Part shown: positions 28,820 to 38,045 of the stretch, in pieces | How the letters are laid out: every line of letters starts with the position of its first letter | Position numbering within the stretch: position 1 is the stretch's first letter | Origin: Phycisphaerae bacterium | GTDB taxonomy: Bacteria > Planctomycetota > Phycisphaerae > UBA1845 > Fen-1342 | Direction: 5' to 3' | Assembly (NCBI GenBank): GCA_050115495.1 | Contig: JASFQK010000011.1 | Coordinates: 94,490-158,489, forward strand | DNA length: 64,000 nt | Notes under the pieces: generated by a model | The model's database searches: none | Seen by the model: only the letters and a program-made list of their open reading frames with translations | Told to the model about the DNA's origin: nothing | Made by a program: the position numbers and the translations under genes

Positions 28820-29797
28820 TCACATCGTATACTGCTGTCCGGATTCGCCTTTCGGAGGCGGGTCGTCGGCGTTCTCCGAGCGCGGCGGACGGACCTTCAG
28901 CACGGGCGGTGTGATCGAGACCTGGTGGCCTGGGGCGACATCCTTCGTCAGGAATACCGAGCCGCCGACAATAGAACCTTCGCCCAACTGGGCCGTGCCG
29001 AGCACGATCGCGTTGGCGTAAACGGTCACGTTGTCGCGCACGGTGGGATGGCGCTTGTGCCCCCGGATCAGCCGACCACGCTCGTCCTTCGGGAAGGACA
29101 GAGCGCCGAGGGTGACACCCTGATAGAGCTTCACGTGGTCGCCGATGTCGGTTGTTTCGCCGACAACGACGCCGGTGCCGTGATCGACGAAGAAGCTGCG
29201 GCCGATGCGGGCGCCGGGGTGGATGTCGATGCCGGTGCGATGGTGAGCGTGCTCGGTCATGATGCGGGGCATGAGCGGCACGCCGAGCTCGTAGAGCTTG
29301 TGCGCGTAGCGGTGGATCGTGACGGCGAAGACCGACGGGTACGCAAGAATGCACTCGCTGGTGCTGGCGGCGGCGGGATCACCGTCGTAGGCGGCCTGCA
29401 CGTCTTCGGCGAGGGCGCGGCGGATCTCGGGCAGGCATTCGAGGAACTGACTGGCCAGTTGCCGGGCGCGGTCGGCGCAGAGCTCGATGCGTTCACCGTC
29501 GCCGGCGGCGAGCTCGGCCTCGTGGCAGAGGCACTGCTGGATGTTGTCGACGAGCTGTTCCCACAGTCGCGGTAGCAGTTCCCCGACGTGGTAGCTGATG
29601 TTGTGACGCGAGAGGCCCATGCGGCCGAAGAAGCCGGGATAGGTCAGCTCCATCAGCATGTTGCAGATGCCGATGATGGCGGCGGTGGAGGGGAGGTACT
29701 CCTTGTCGATGCGGTGTGTGCGCTCGTCGGCGAAGTAGCTTTCGACGAGACGGTCGACGAGACGCGGGAGATCGGCGCCAAGATGTTGCGGCGGCAT
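28820..29797 (-). CDS. cysE: Serine O-acetyltransferase
   Basis: DVQAAYDGDPAA, TGIDIHPGA, VDHGTGVVVGET, YQGVTLG, KRHPT. Confidence 0.92.
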   Translation of the reverse strand: MPPQHLGADLPRLVDRLVESYFADERTHRIDKEYLPSTAAIIGICNMLMELTYPGFFGRMGLSRHNISYHVGELLPRLWEQLVDNIQQCLCHEAELAAGDGERIELCADRARQLASQFLECLPEIRRALAEDVQAAYDGDPAAASTSECILAYPSVFAVTIHRYAHKLYELGVPLMPRIMTEHAHHRTGIDIHPGARIGRSFFVDHGTGVVVGETTDIGDHVKLYQGVTLGALSFPKDERGRLIRGHKRHPTVRDNVTVYANAIVLGTAQLGEGSIVGGSVFLTKDVAPGHQVSITPPVLKVRPPRSENADDPPPKGESGQQYTM

Positions 29798-29875
29798 GGA
29801 CAAGCTCCTCGAATACACAGCGCGGGCCCAGAGCCAGATGCTCCGGGCCCGCCGCGACTATGCTGAGATCCTAGG

Positions 29876-29931
29876 TTTGAAATCTCAAATCTCAGATATC
29901 GCATCTGAGACCTCAAATCTGAGATTTCAAA
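29876..29931. repeat. AT-rich heptamer-built hairpin between rne and cysE
   Basis: tttgaaatctcaaatctcagat-atcgc-atctgaga...ctgagatttcaaa; aatctca units in both orientations. Confidence 0.7.
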
Positions 29932-29952
29932 TCCGGCACTTCAGGTCTCTTC

Positions 29953-32703
29953 TCAAATCTGCGGCACGGTGCGGCCACGCTGGTCCCAGCAGCGGATGTC
30001 CACCTGATCGAGGCCGAAGCCGGCGCCGGTGCGAATGGCGATCGTCCGGCGGTGCTTGGTCTCGAGATCGTGCAGCAGGGCCCGCTTGCGGTTGAGCAGC
30101 AGATCGCCGACCTCCTGCGAGACCGTCACCTCGATGAGGTAGACGTTGTCGCGGACGGCGTTGATCTGGAGCGTGCGCATCACGTCGAGCGTGACCGATT
30201 CGGCCGTGCGCACCATACCCGTCCCGCGACATTGCGGGCAGTCCTGGTAGGCGCTGCGGGTCAGGCTGGCCCGCTGCCGCTGGCGCGTCATCTCGATGAT
30301 GCCGAAGGCGCTCATGCGCAGGATCTTGGCGCGTTCCTTGTGGGCCTTGAGGTTCTGGGCCAGGCGCCGCTCGATCTCGCGCTTGTGCGACTCGACCCGC
30401 ATGTCGATGAAGTCGCAGATGATCACGCCGCCCAGGTCGCGCAGGCGGAGCTGGCGGGCGATCTCGTCGGCGGCCTCGCAGTTGATCTTGTAGGCGGTGG
30501 CCTCGGCGTCGTCCTCGGTGCGGAAGCGGCCGCTGTTGACGTCGATGGCCACGAGGGCCTCGGTCGACTCGATGACCAGCGAGCCGCCCGACTTCAGCGG
30601 GACATGCCGCGAGTGCAGCCGGTCGAGCTCAGCCTCGACGCCGTACTTGTGGAAGACGGGCCGGGCTTCGGTGTACTCGGTGACCACGTCGCCGCTGCGC
30701 GGGCTGAAAATGTGCAGGAACTCGCGGGCCCGACTGGCGACGGCGGTGTCATCGACGACGATGCGGCCGATCTCGGCGCTGTACAGATCGCGAATCGTGC
30801 GAATGACGAGGTCGGATTCGCGGTACAGCTCGGCGGGGGCACGCTCGGCCTGGATGCGCTTCTCGACGGCCCGCCAGAGGCGGACGAGGTAGCGCAGGTC
30901 CGATTGCAGTTCGCGCTTGGTGCGGCCCTGGGCGGCGGTGCGGGCGATGAAGCCGATGCCGTCGGGCAGCTCGAGCTCGCCGAGCTGGTGCCGCAGCGTG
31001 TGCCGCGTGTCCTCGTCCTCGATTTTGCGCGAGACGCCGAGGCGGCGCATGCCGGGCATCATGACCAGGAAGCGGCCGGGGATGCTCAGGTACGTTGAGA
31101 GGGTCGGGCCCTTGGTGCCGATGCCCTCCTTGGTGATCTGCACGATGACCTGCTGTCCGCGGCGGAGGCAGCGCTGGATCGGCGGGCGGTTCCGCCGGGG
31201 GATCTTGCAGCCGACGTTCTCGGCCGGCTGGCCACCGTCGGGGAAGTACTGCGGGTGCAGGTCGGAGATGTGCAGGAATCCGTTCTTGCCCAGGCCGAAG
31301 TCGACGAAGGCGGCCTGGATGCTGGGCTCGACGTTGGTGACCACGCCCTTGTAGATGTTGCCGACGTGGTTCTCGGAGGAGGCCCGCTCGATGTAGATCT
31401 CTTCGAGGACGCCCTTGTGCAGGATGGCGATGCGGCATTCTTCCCGGGGGAAGACGTTGATGATCATTTCCTTGTCGGGGCGGACGTGGCTCGCCCGGGC
31501 GGGCTCGTCGTCCTCCTCGGAGAACTCCGCCGGCTTGGGCTGGGCCTTTCCGCCGGAACGCCGGCCACGGCGCGACCGCCGATCTCCACGACGGCCTCGG
31601 CGGTTGTCGTCCTCCGGAGCCGGGGCAGGGGCGTCGGCGATGGCGACGGATGCGGGCTCGGAAGGCTCGACCGGCTCGATGGGTTCGATGGGCTCAACGT
31701 CCTCGTCGAACTCGTCCTCGGCGGGTTCCAGCGCGGCGGCCGGCTCCGGTGCGGGCGCGAGCGCCGGACGGGCCACCGGCTCGCCGTCGCGGGGCGTCTC
31801 CGTACGTCGCCGGCGGCGCATGCGGCGCTTCTGACTGGGCGTGAGGCGCTGTTGAGCCGATGTCGCCGGGCGTTCCAGCTCCTCGTCGGCCGGCTCGCGG
31901 TGCGCGGTCTCGGTCGAGGGGGCGCGATCGCCACCGGCGGATTGGCGGGCTTCGGCGGGCTGCTGGTCGGCACCGGGCGCCGCAGAGCGGGGCTTGCGCC
32001 GACGGCCGCGACGCCGCCGCTTGCGCGGTGCCGGCGTCTCACCGGCTTCGACTTGCTCGCCAGCGTCGGGCGCGGGTTCCTCGACCCGAAACGCCGAGGG
32101 CTCGACGTCTTCGTCGAACAGATCGCCGCGGTCCTCGGTGTCGTCGGTGAACTCCGCTACCGGCTCGGGTTCTTCCGGCGCTAAGGCCGGTTCTTCGTCG
32201 GCCGGTGCTTCCTCTGGCGGTGCCAGTTTGACCGGTGGGGCCTCGGCCTCGACTTCGGCTTCGACGTCGACCGGCTCGGGCTCCCGGGCCGCCTGCGGCT
32301 TCTCGGGTAGCGGCTGGAAGGGCGGGGGGGCCACTGGCGGGAAACGGATGACGATAGCGCCGCCGGCCTGCTCCACCTGCGCTTCGGACCCTTCCGCTTC
32401 CACGTCGGTCGTGGTGTCCGCAGGCGCCGGAGGCTCGGCAACCGCGGCCGCCGACTCGGGCTGCTCGACGACCGGCGTCTTCTTCTTCCGAGGACGCGAC
32501 GTCTTGCGTTTGGCCTTCTTGACGGGTGTGGGCGTTTCGGTGGCGGGGGCACCGTCGGCGGGTGCCTGGAGAGTGGCGACGGCTTCGCCCTCGGGGGCGA
32601 CAGCCTCGGTGGCTTCGGGCGTGGCGGCGGCGGCCGCGACTTTCTTGGTTCGCGTCGTCTTGCGGCGCTTCTTAACCGTTGGGGATTTCTTCTGCTCTGC
32701 CAA
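29953..32703 (-). CDS. rne: Ribonuclease E/G family protein with long disordered N-terminus
   Basis: VGNIYKG, QAAFVDFG..NGFLHISD, KEGIGTKG, AIDVNSG, LRLRDLGGVIICDFIDM, CPQCRG; TTG start after a GGAAGGA SD-like sequence. Confidence 0.9.
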   Translation of the reverse strand: MAEQKKSPTVKKRRKTTRTKKVAAAAATPEATEAVAPEGEAVATLQAPADGAPATETPTPVKKAKRKTSRPRKKKTPVVEQPESAAAVAEPPAPADTTTDVEAEGSEAQVEQAGGAIVIRFPPVAPPPFQPLPEKPQAAREPEPVDVEAEVEAEAPPVKLAPPEEAPADEEPALAPEEPEPVAEFTDDTEDRGDLFDEDVEPSAFRVEEPAPDAGEQVEAGETPAPRKRRRRGRRRKPRSAAPGADQQPAEARQSAGGDRAPSTETAHREPADEELERPATSAQQRLTPSQKRRMRRRRRTETPRDGEPVARPALAPAPEPAAALEPAEDEFDEDVEPIEPIEPVEPSEPASVAIADAPAPAPEDDNRRGRRGDRRSRRGRRSGGKAQPKPAEFSEEDDEPARASHVRPDKEMIINVFPREECRIAILHKGVLEEIYIERASSENHVGNIYKGVVTNVEPSIQAAFVDFGLGKNGFLHISDLHPQYFPDGGQPAENVGCKIPRRNRPPIQRCLRRGQQVIVQITKEGIGTKGPTLSTYLSIPGRFLVMMPGMRRLGVSRKIEDEDTRHTLRHQLGELELPDGIGFIARTAAQGRTKRELQSDLRYLVRLWRAVEKRIQAERAPAELYRESDLVIRTIRDLYSAEIGRIVVDDTAVASRAREFLHIFSPRSGDVVTEYTEARPVFHKYGVEAELDRLHSRHVPLKSGGSLVIESTEALVAIDVNSGRFRTEDDAEATAYKINCEAADEIARQLRLRDLGGVIICDFIDMRVESHKREIERRLAQNLKAHKERAKILRMSAFGIIEMTRQRQRASLTRSAYQDCPQCRGTGMVRTAESVTLDVMRTLQINAVRDNVYLIEVTVSQEVGDLLLNRKRALLHDLETKHRRTIAIRTGAGFGLDQVDIRCWDQRGRTVPQI

Positions 32704-33427
32704 GTTGTATTCCTTCCGGAGTGATCGGGGGCCCGTCGGGGCCCACCAGCTCCATGTCCCAGCGAACCTCGCAGCGGCAGACGGCGTGGTTGTGCGCGTC
32801 GCCGGCGAGGCCCAATGCCGTGAGGATTTCGGACGGCCGGGCGGTGCGCTGCCCATCGCAGCGCAACTGAATTCGCAAGACCGGGCCGTCCAGCGTTAAT
32901 GTCTCTAGGTAAGGTCGGATGTCCAACGGAGCGGGCGCCCGGCGGGCGTCGGTCTCGCGATGGACGAGGATTTCGTTAAGGGCCAATACGTCTTCGAGCC
33001 GCCGGCTGATGTCGCGGGCTTCGCGCGCGGGCAGCGTCACGGTGTACGTGACGCCGACCGGGTGCGGCGTTCCCGCAGGTGCCGGGGCGATGAGCTGCCG
33101 CAGCGTGATGCCGCGCGGCAGCGTGGCGGCGAGGCGGTCGGCGAGCTCCCGCGCGGGGCGAGGCTCACGCAACTCCACCAGCAGCCACTGACAGGTAGAC
33201 GCCATGCCGACGCTGCGCGGCAGGGGTAGCACCAGGCGCGGCAGGGGGTTGAACCCCTGCGAATAGCGGAGCGGCCAGCGGGCCCGCACCAAAGCGCGAA
33301 CCAGCAGGCGCAGCTCGTCGTGATGCGAGAGGTAGCGCAAATCGCCCGCCACGGCGTACTCGCCGGCGGCGCGGAAACGCTCCGCCGGGGCGTCGGGCAC
33401 CTGTCGCTCGAGGGGCCGGTCCGTCAT
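32672..33427 (-). CDS. Radical SAM-linked protein (TIGR03936/DUF2344-like)
   Basis: GDLRYLSHHD, YSQGFNPLPR, LPRSVG, DIRP, ARPSE; familiar position upstream of rne. Confidence 0.8.
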   Translation of the reverse strand: MTDRPLERQVPDAPAERFRAAGEYAVAGDLRYLSHHDELRLLVRALVRARWPLRYSQGFNPLPRLVLPLPRSVGMASTCQWLLVELREPRPARELADRLAATLPRGITLRQLIAPAPAGTPHPVGVTYTVTLPAREARDISRRLEDVLALNEILVHRETDARRAPAPLDIRPYLETLTLDGPVLRIQLRCDGQRTARPSEILTALGLAGDAHNHAVCRCEVRWDMELVGPDGPPITPEGIQLGRAEEIPNG

Positions 33428-35169
33428 CAGAGGGCCTCCGGCGGCAGGATCCTGCGGGCTTCCTCGCGCAGGAAGTTGAAGATCTGGCGATCCGCGTCCA
33501 TGCGCATGACCTTGCGGGCGATCTGCTCGCAGGCCGCGATGGTCGTCGAGCGGACGAGCTGCTTGATCTCGGGAATGTCTTTGGGGGCCATGGACAGGTG
33601 GCGCAGCCCGAGCCCGAGCAGGAGCTGCGTGTAGATCGGCGTGCCGGCCATCTCGCCGCAGAGGCTCACCGGGACGCTCGCGGCCCGGGCGGCGCGGGCG
33701 ACCTGGCGGATGAGCTGGAGCACCGCCGGGTTGTGCGGCGAGTAGAGGTGGGCGACGCGTTCGTTGGCCCGGTCCACGGCGAGCGTGTACTGCGTCAGGT
33801 CGTTCGTGCCGATGCTGAGGAAATCCGCCTCGCGGGCCAGGGCCCGACAGACCAGGGCCGCGGCGGGCGTCTCGACCATGATGCCCACCGGGATGTCGCG
33901 GCGGAAGGGGATACCCTCCTCCTCGAGGTCCTCCATCACGTCGGCCAGCGTGGCCTTGGCCTGGCGCAGCTCGAGCAGCGTGGCGATCATGGGGAACATG
34001 ATGCGCACGTCGCCGTGGGCCGAGGCCCGCAGCATGGCCCGCAGGTGCGTTTTGAACAGGTCGAGATTGAACAGGCAGTAGCGCAGGCTGCGCAGGCCGA
34101 GGGCCGGGTTCTGGTCGTGCTGCGGCGTCATCGCCGGGGCCATCTTGTCCGCCCCGAGGTCGATGGTACGCAGGCTGACCGGGCGATTGCCGGCGTCGCG
34201 GGCGGCGGCGCAGAAGGCTTCGTACTGCTGCTCTTCGGTCGGCGGGCGGTCGCTGGCCAGGAAGAGGAACTCGGTGCGGTAGAGGCCGACGCCCTCGGCG
34301 CCGACTTCGACGGCCGAGGTGGCCTCGGGCGGGAACTCGATGTTGGCCTGGAGCGAGACGGCCACGCCGTCACGGGTGACGGCGGGCAGGTCGCGCAGGC
34401 CGCGCAGGCGGTTCTCGAAGCGCTGGTAGTCGCGCTGCTGTTCGAGATAGCGTTCGATGGTCGCCGGGTCGGGCTTGGCGGCGACGACGCCGTGGCTGCC
34501 GTCGACGATCATCGTATCGCCGCCGGAAACGTCGGCGGTCACGTCCGTCAGCCCGACGACGGTCGGGATGCCGAACATGCGGGCGATGATGGCCATGTGC
34601 GAGGTCTGGCCACCGACGTTCAGGGCGAAGCCGAGGATGTGCTCGCGGTCGAGCGAGACGGCCTGCGACGGCGTGATGTCGTGGGCGACGATGATGACGG
34701 GCTCGGTGAGGCGGGCGATGTTCTCGCGGGCGCGGCCGAGCACGTGTCGAAGAATGCGTTTCTCGATGTCGAAGAGATCGTGAACGCGTTCCTGGATGTA
34801 CAGGTTGGGGACGGCGCGGAAGGCGCGCTGCTGGCGGTTGAGCTCCTGGCTGAGGGCGTAGCCGGCGGTGAAGAGCTGCTTCTCGATGAGCTCGACGACG
34901 CTGTCGTGGAGCTTGGGGTCGGAGATGAACTTCTCGTGAAACTCGAAGATGGCGGAGGTCTTGTCGCCGAGCTTGCGGGCGGCGGCAAGGCGCAGCTCGT
35001 TCACCTCCTGGCGGGACGCCTCAAGAGCGGCCTCCAGGATGCGAACCTGTTCAGTCACCTGGGAGGGGTGAATGGTACGGCGGGGGATCCGATACTCCTC
35101 GGTATCCAGGACAAACGCCGGACCAATCGCCACGCCGGGCGACGCGCTGATGCCTTTCTTCGTGATCAT
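33427..35169 (-). CDS. ptsP: Phosphoenolpyruvate-protein phosphotransferase (PTS enzyme I)
   Basis: GISASPG, GGQTSHMAI (phospho-His), GVGLYRTEF, NPALGLR, MVETPAA, SIGTNDLTQY, LCGEMA. Confidence 0.95.
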   Translation of the reverse strand: MITKKGISASPGVAIGPAFVLDTEEYRIPRRTIHPSQVTEQVRILEAALEASRQEVNELRLAAARKLGDKTSAIFEFHEKFISDPKLHDSVVELIEKQLFTAGYALSQELNRQQRAFRAVPNLYIQERVHDLFDIEKRILRHVLGRARENIARLTEPVIIVAHDITPSQAVSLDREHILGFALNVGGQTSHMAIIARMFGIPTVVGLTDVTADVSGGDTMIVDGSHGVVAAKPDPATIERYLEQQRDYQRFENRLRGLRDLPAVTRDGVAVSLQANIEFPPEATSAVEVGAEGVGLYRTEFLFLASDRPPTEEQQYEAFCAAARDAGNRPVSLRTIDLGADKMAPAMTPQHDQNPALGLRSLRYCLFNLDLFKTHLRAMLRASAHGDVRIMFPMIATLLELRQAKATLADVMEDLEEEGIPFRRDIPVGIMVETPAAALVCRALAREADFLSIGTNDLTQYTLAVDRANERVAHLYSPHNPAVLQLIRQVARAARAASVPVSLCGEMAGTPIYTQLLLGLGLRHLSMAPKDIPEIKQLVRSTTIAACEQIARKVMRMDADRQIFNFLREEARRILPPEAL

Positions 35170-35240
35170 GAGCCGCGGACACCGCGGCGTTGCCGGCCAT
35201 CAAGGCCGGAGCATGCCGTTGGTTGTTGTTCCTGTGTCAA

Positions 35241-35510
35241 CTACGTTTCGCCGAATCCTGATTCGATCAGGGTGACCAGGGCGTCGACGGCGGGGCCGGC
35301 GTCGGCCCCATCGGCCACGACGCGAACCGTCGACCCGTGGGTCGCCACAAGCATGAGCAACTCCATGGGGCTGCGGGCGTCAGCCTGGCGTTCGCCACAG
35401 TGGACGGTGATCTGCGAGGTGAAGCGTTGGGCCACGTCAACGAACTGCATGATGGGGCGGAAGTGGAGTCCTTCCCTGTTCGCGATGACGACATCCCTTT
35501 CGCAAGCCAC
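35241..35510 (-). CDS. ptsH: HPr-family phosphocarrier protein
   Basis: GLHFRP (His15) and DARSPMELL (Ser46). Confidence 0.9.
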   Translation of the reverse strand: MACERDVVIANREGLHFRPIMQFVDVAQRFTSQITVHCGERQADARSPMELLMLVATHGSTVRVVADGADAGPAVDALVTLIESGFGET

Positions 35511-35565
35511 GCGGTGAACCGTCTGTCTGGGTCGAGCCTGTATCTGCCGACGACGGCGCGGGCGG

Positions 35566-36045
35566 TCAGGCCACGAGCGTCTTTTCGTCGGCTTCCTTCA
35601 ACAAATCGAGCACCTTCTCCGGCGCGTCCGACTGCCGGAGGAACTTGCGGAACTTCTCCTGCTGCAAGTGGCGGAAGACGAGGTCCATCGCCCGCAGGTG
35701 CTCCTCGGGCTGATCCTCGGGACTGGCGATGAGGAACACGGCATAGACGGGCTCGCCGTCGAGCGAGGAGAAGTCGATGCCGTGCGTACTGCGACCCACC
35801 GCCGCCACAACGTGGTGCAGGCCTTCGAGCTTGGCGTGCGGCACGGCGACGCCCTTGCCGAAACCGGTCGTGCCGCGCGTGCGCTCCCGAGTGATGATTG
35901 ACTTCACGACGCGATCCACGGCGTCCTGCGCCAAGTGATTTCCGTCGGCGAGGATCTGCACGAGTTCGCGAATGGCGCCATTACGGTCCGTCGACGCCAG
36001 CTCGGCAATAATCGAGTCCGGGTGAACGAGGTCCAACAGCTTCAT
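35566..36045 (-). CDS. PTS EIIA component (PtsN/fructose-mannitol family)
   Basis: RER..TTGFGKGVAVPH, GIDFSSLDGEPV. Confidence 0.9.
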   Translation of the reverse strand: MKLLDLVHPDSIIAELASTDRNGAIRELVQILADGNHLAQDAVDRVVKSIITRERTRGTTGFGKGVAVPHAKLEGLHHVVAAVGRSTHGIDFSSLDGEPVYAVFLIASPEDQPEEHLRAMDLVFRHLQQEKFRKFLRQSDAPEKVLDLLKEADEKTLVA

Positions 36046-36422
36046 GGATGCTCCTGCGGCGCCTCCGGCCCCGCCTCCGGCTCTGACTCAGCCAGACCGC
36101 CTTCCGGGGCGGTCGGCGGTGGGGGCGGGTGCTTGCGGTTACGAATCCGCTCTTTGTGCCGGGACAACTGCCGCTCGATTTTGTCCATCAGCAGGTCGAT
36201 GGCCGCGTGCAGGTCGCCGTGACGCTCACGGGCCACAAAGGGGTCGGCGTGCTCTGTATGGACGATGATCTCCGCCTCGTGCACACCGTTGCGGCCGTCG
36301 AGGATGACCTCGATCGACTGGATCCGGTCGTAGAAGCGCGTGAGCCGTGAGACCTTGTCCTGGCAATATTCCTTCACCGATTCAGTGACGCTCATATGGC
36401 GACCGGAAACGGTGACCTGCAT
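36042..36422 (-). CDS. raiA: Ribosome hibernation factor HPF/RaiA
   Basis: MQVTVSGRHMSVT, DLHAAIDLLMDKIERQL..HKE. Confidence 0.9.
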   Translation of the reverse strand: MQVTVSGRHMSVTESVKEYCQDKVSRLTRFYDRIQSIEVILDGRNGVHEAEIIVHTEHADPFVARERHGDLHAAIDLLMDKIERQLSRHKERIRNRKHPPPPPTAPEGGLAESEPEAGPEAPQEHP

Positions 36423-36720
36423 AGTATTCTCCTTCTGACCAGCGCCGGCCCGCTTCGGCCCGGGCCGTACCGCGCAGCCAGCGGTCGGGACGACCGCGCC
36501 ACGCCGCGCCCCGATCCGCCCCCCCCGGCAGCGGCGCGCGACGACATACTGTACCCCGGCAGGTGCAGACACCTACCGGCTGAGACTGTAGCGGATCGGC
36601 CGCGGTGGCGTCAAGGATGCGTTACCCGTCCCCTTCGCTCCGGATTCTCGGACGCGCCGAACGGCGCAATTTCCGCGGGTGAACGGGCCTGGAATGGCGG
36701 ATGAGGGGCTGAGGACGCGG

Positions 36721-37719
36721 TCAGGCGAGGTTCTGCGTGGATTGCCGGGCGACCAGCAGGGGGGTGACCAGCGTGTGCTGGGGGGCGTCCATCCGTGACT
36801 TACTGAGCCGCTGGAGGACGGTGTCCGTGGCCCGGCGGCCAATCTCCTCGGTGCAGGCGTCGACGGTCGTCAACGTCGGGGTCAGGTGCTGGCCCGCTCG
36901 CTCGTTACCCTGACCCATGACGGCCACGTCGCGGCCGGGCTCGCGGCCGGTCCGCCAGCAGAGCGCCATGATCTGGATGGCGAGGAAGTCATCGCAGGCG
37001 GCGATGGCCCGCACGTGCGGCAGGCGGTCCGTAATCAGATGCTGGGTTTCAGGCGTGAGACCGCTGGCCGGCAACTGGATCGTGAGATCCGCGGGGTTCA
37101 AACCGTGCTCGCGGCAGATCTCCTGGAAGCCGGCCAGACGCTCGTTGGCCACCGGTCCGGAGACGTGGATGTAGAGGATCTGCCCACCGGCGCCGCGCAG
37201 CATGTGGCGGGCGACGAGCCGCCCCGACTCGGCATGGTCCGGAACCAGGACGTCGCAGGGCAGGGTGGCCAGCAGTGAGCAGGCGACCACCGGGCGATTC
37301 TCGATCGTCTCACGCAGCATGGCGACGCCGTCCTCGGACAGGTTGGTCTGCACCAGGACGCCGTCGATCCGTTCGTTCACCAGGGCGCGGATGGCACCGG
37401 GCTGTTCGTCACGGAGCGAGCCGAGCTCGGCAACGTGGATGGCGTAGCGAGCCGAGCGGGCCCGGCTGAGCGCGCCGCGCAGATACGAGGCCGCCGCCAC
37501 GGACTGCAGGTCGTCGAGCAGGACGGCCATGGCGAAGCTTCGGCCGGTGGCCAGGGAGCGGGCCGCATAGCTCGGGGAGTAATTGAGCTTGCGACAGGCT
37601 TCCAGGACCCGCTGCTTGGTTTGCTCGCTGATGTCCGGCCGGTCGTTGAGCGCGCGGGAGACGGTCCCGCGTGACAAGCCCGTCTGCCGGCTGATATCCT
37701 CAATGGTGACCTTAGCCAT
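36721..37719 (-). CDS. LacI-family transcriptional regulator
   Basis: VTIEDISRQTGLSRGTVSRALN HTH, YSPSYAARSL, ERLAGF, PTLTTV. Confidence 0.93.
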   Translation of the reverse strand: MAKVTIEDISRQTGLSRGTVSRALNDRPDISEQTKQRVLEACRKLNYSPSYAARSLATGRSFAMAVLLDDLQSVAAASYLRGALSRARSARYAIHVAELGSLRDEQPGAIRALVNERIDGVLVQTNLSEDGVAMLRETIENRPVVACSLLATLPCDVLVPDHAESGRLVARHMLRGAGGQILYIHVSGPVANERLAGFQEICREHGLNPADLTIQLPASGLTPETQHLITDRLPHVRAIAACDDFLAIQIMALCWRTGREPGRDVAVMGQGNERAGQHLTPTLTTVDACTEEIGRRATDTVLQRLSKSRMDAPQHTLVTPLLVARQSTQNLA

Positions 37720-38045
37720 GGCTACGCCCCAGATTCGCGCGGCCCCCACAGGGGGACCCACCGTAGACATACCAGGACCTGAGTACTCGAGCGATCGACC
37801 CGAGCCCTCGGCATTCTACCCGAAGCGTCCGAATATTCAAAACGAAGACCCGAAAAAAAAGCGCAGGATTGCCCGCGATCGCCCTTTCAGGGCGTTGAGG
37901 AAAGGGAATCGACCGACGGCAGGTGAACGGACGCGACCCGCGGTTGCAGCCTCCGCAGACGAGGCGGAGGCGCATATCGGACACTTCATGGTCGGTGTCC
38001 GGCCGTCCTTACGCTGTGACGGTTTACCGGCAGTGACGGCCCGCG

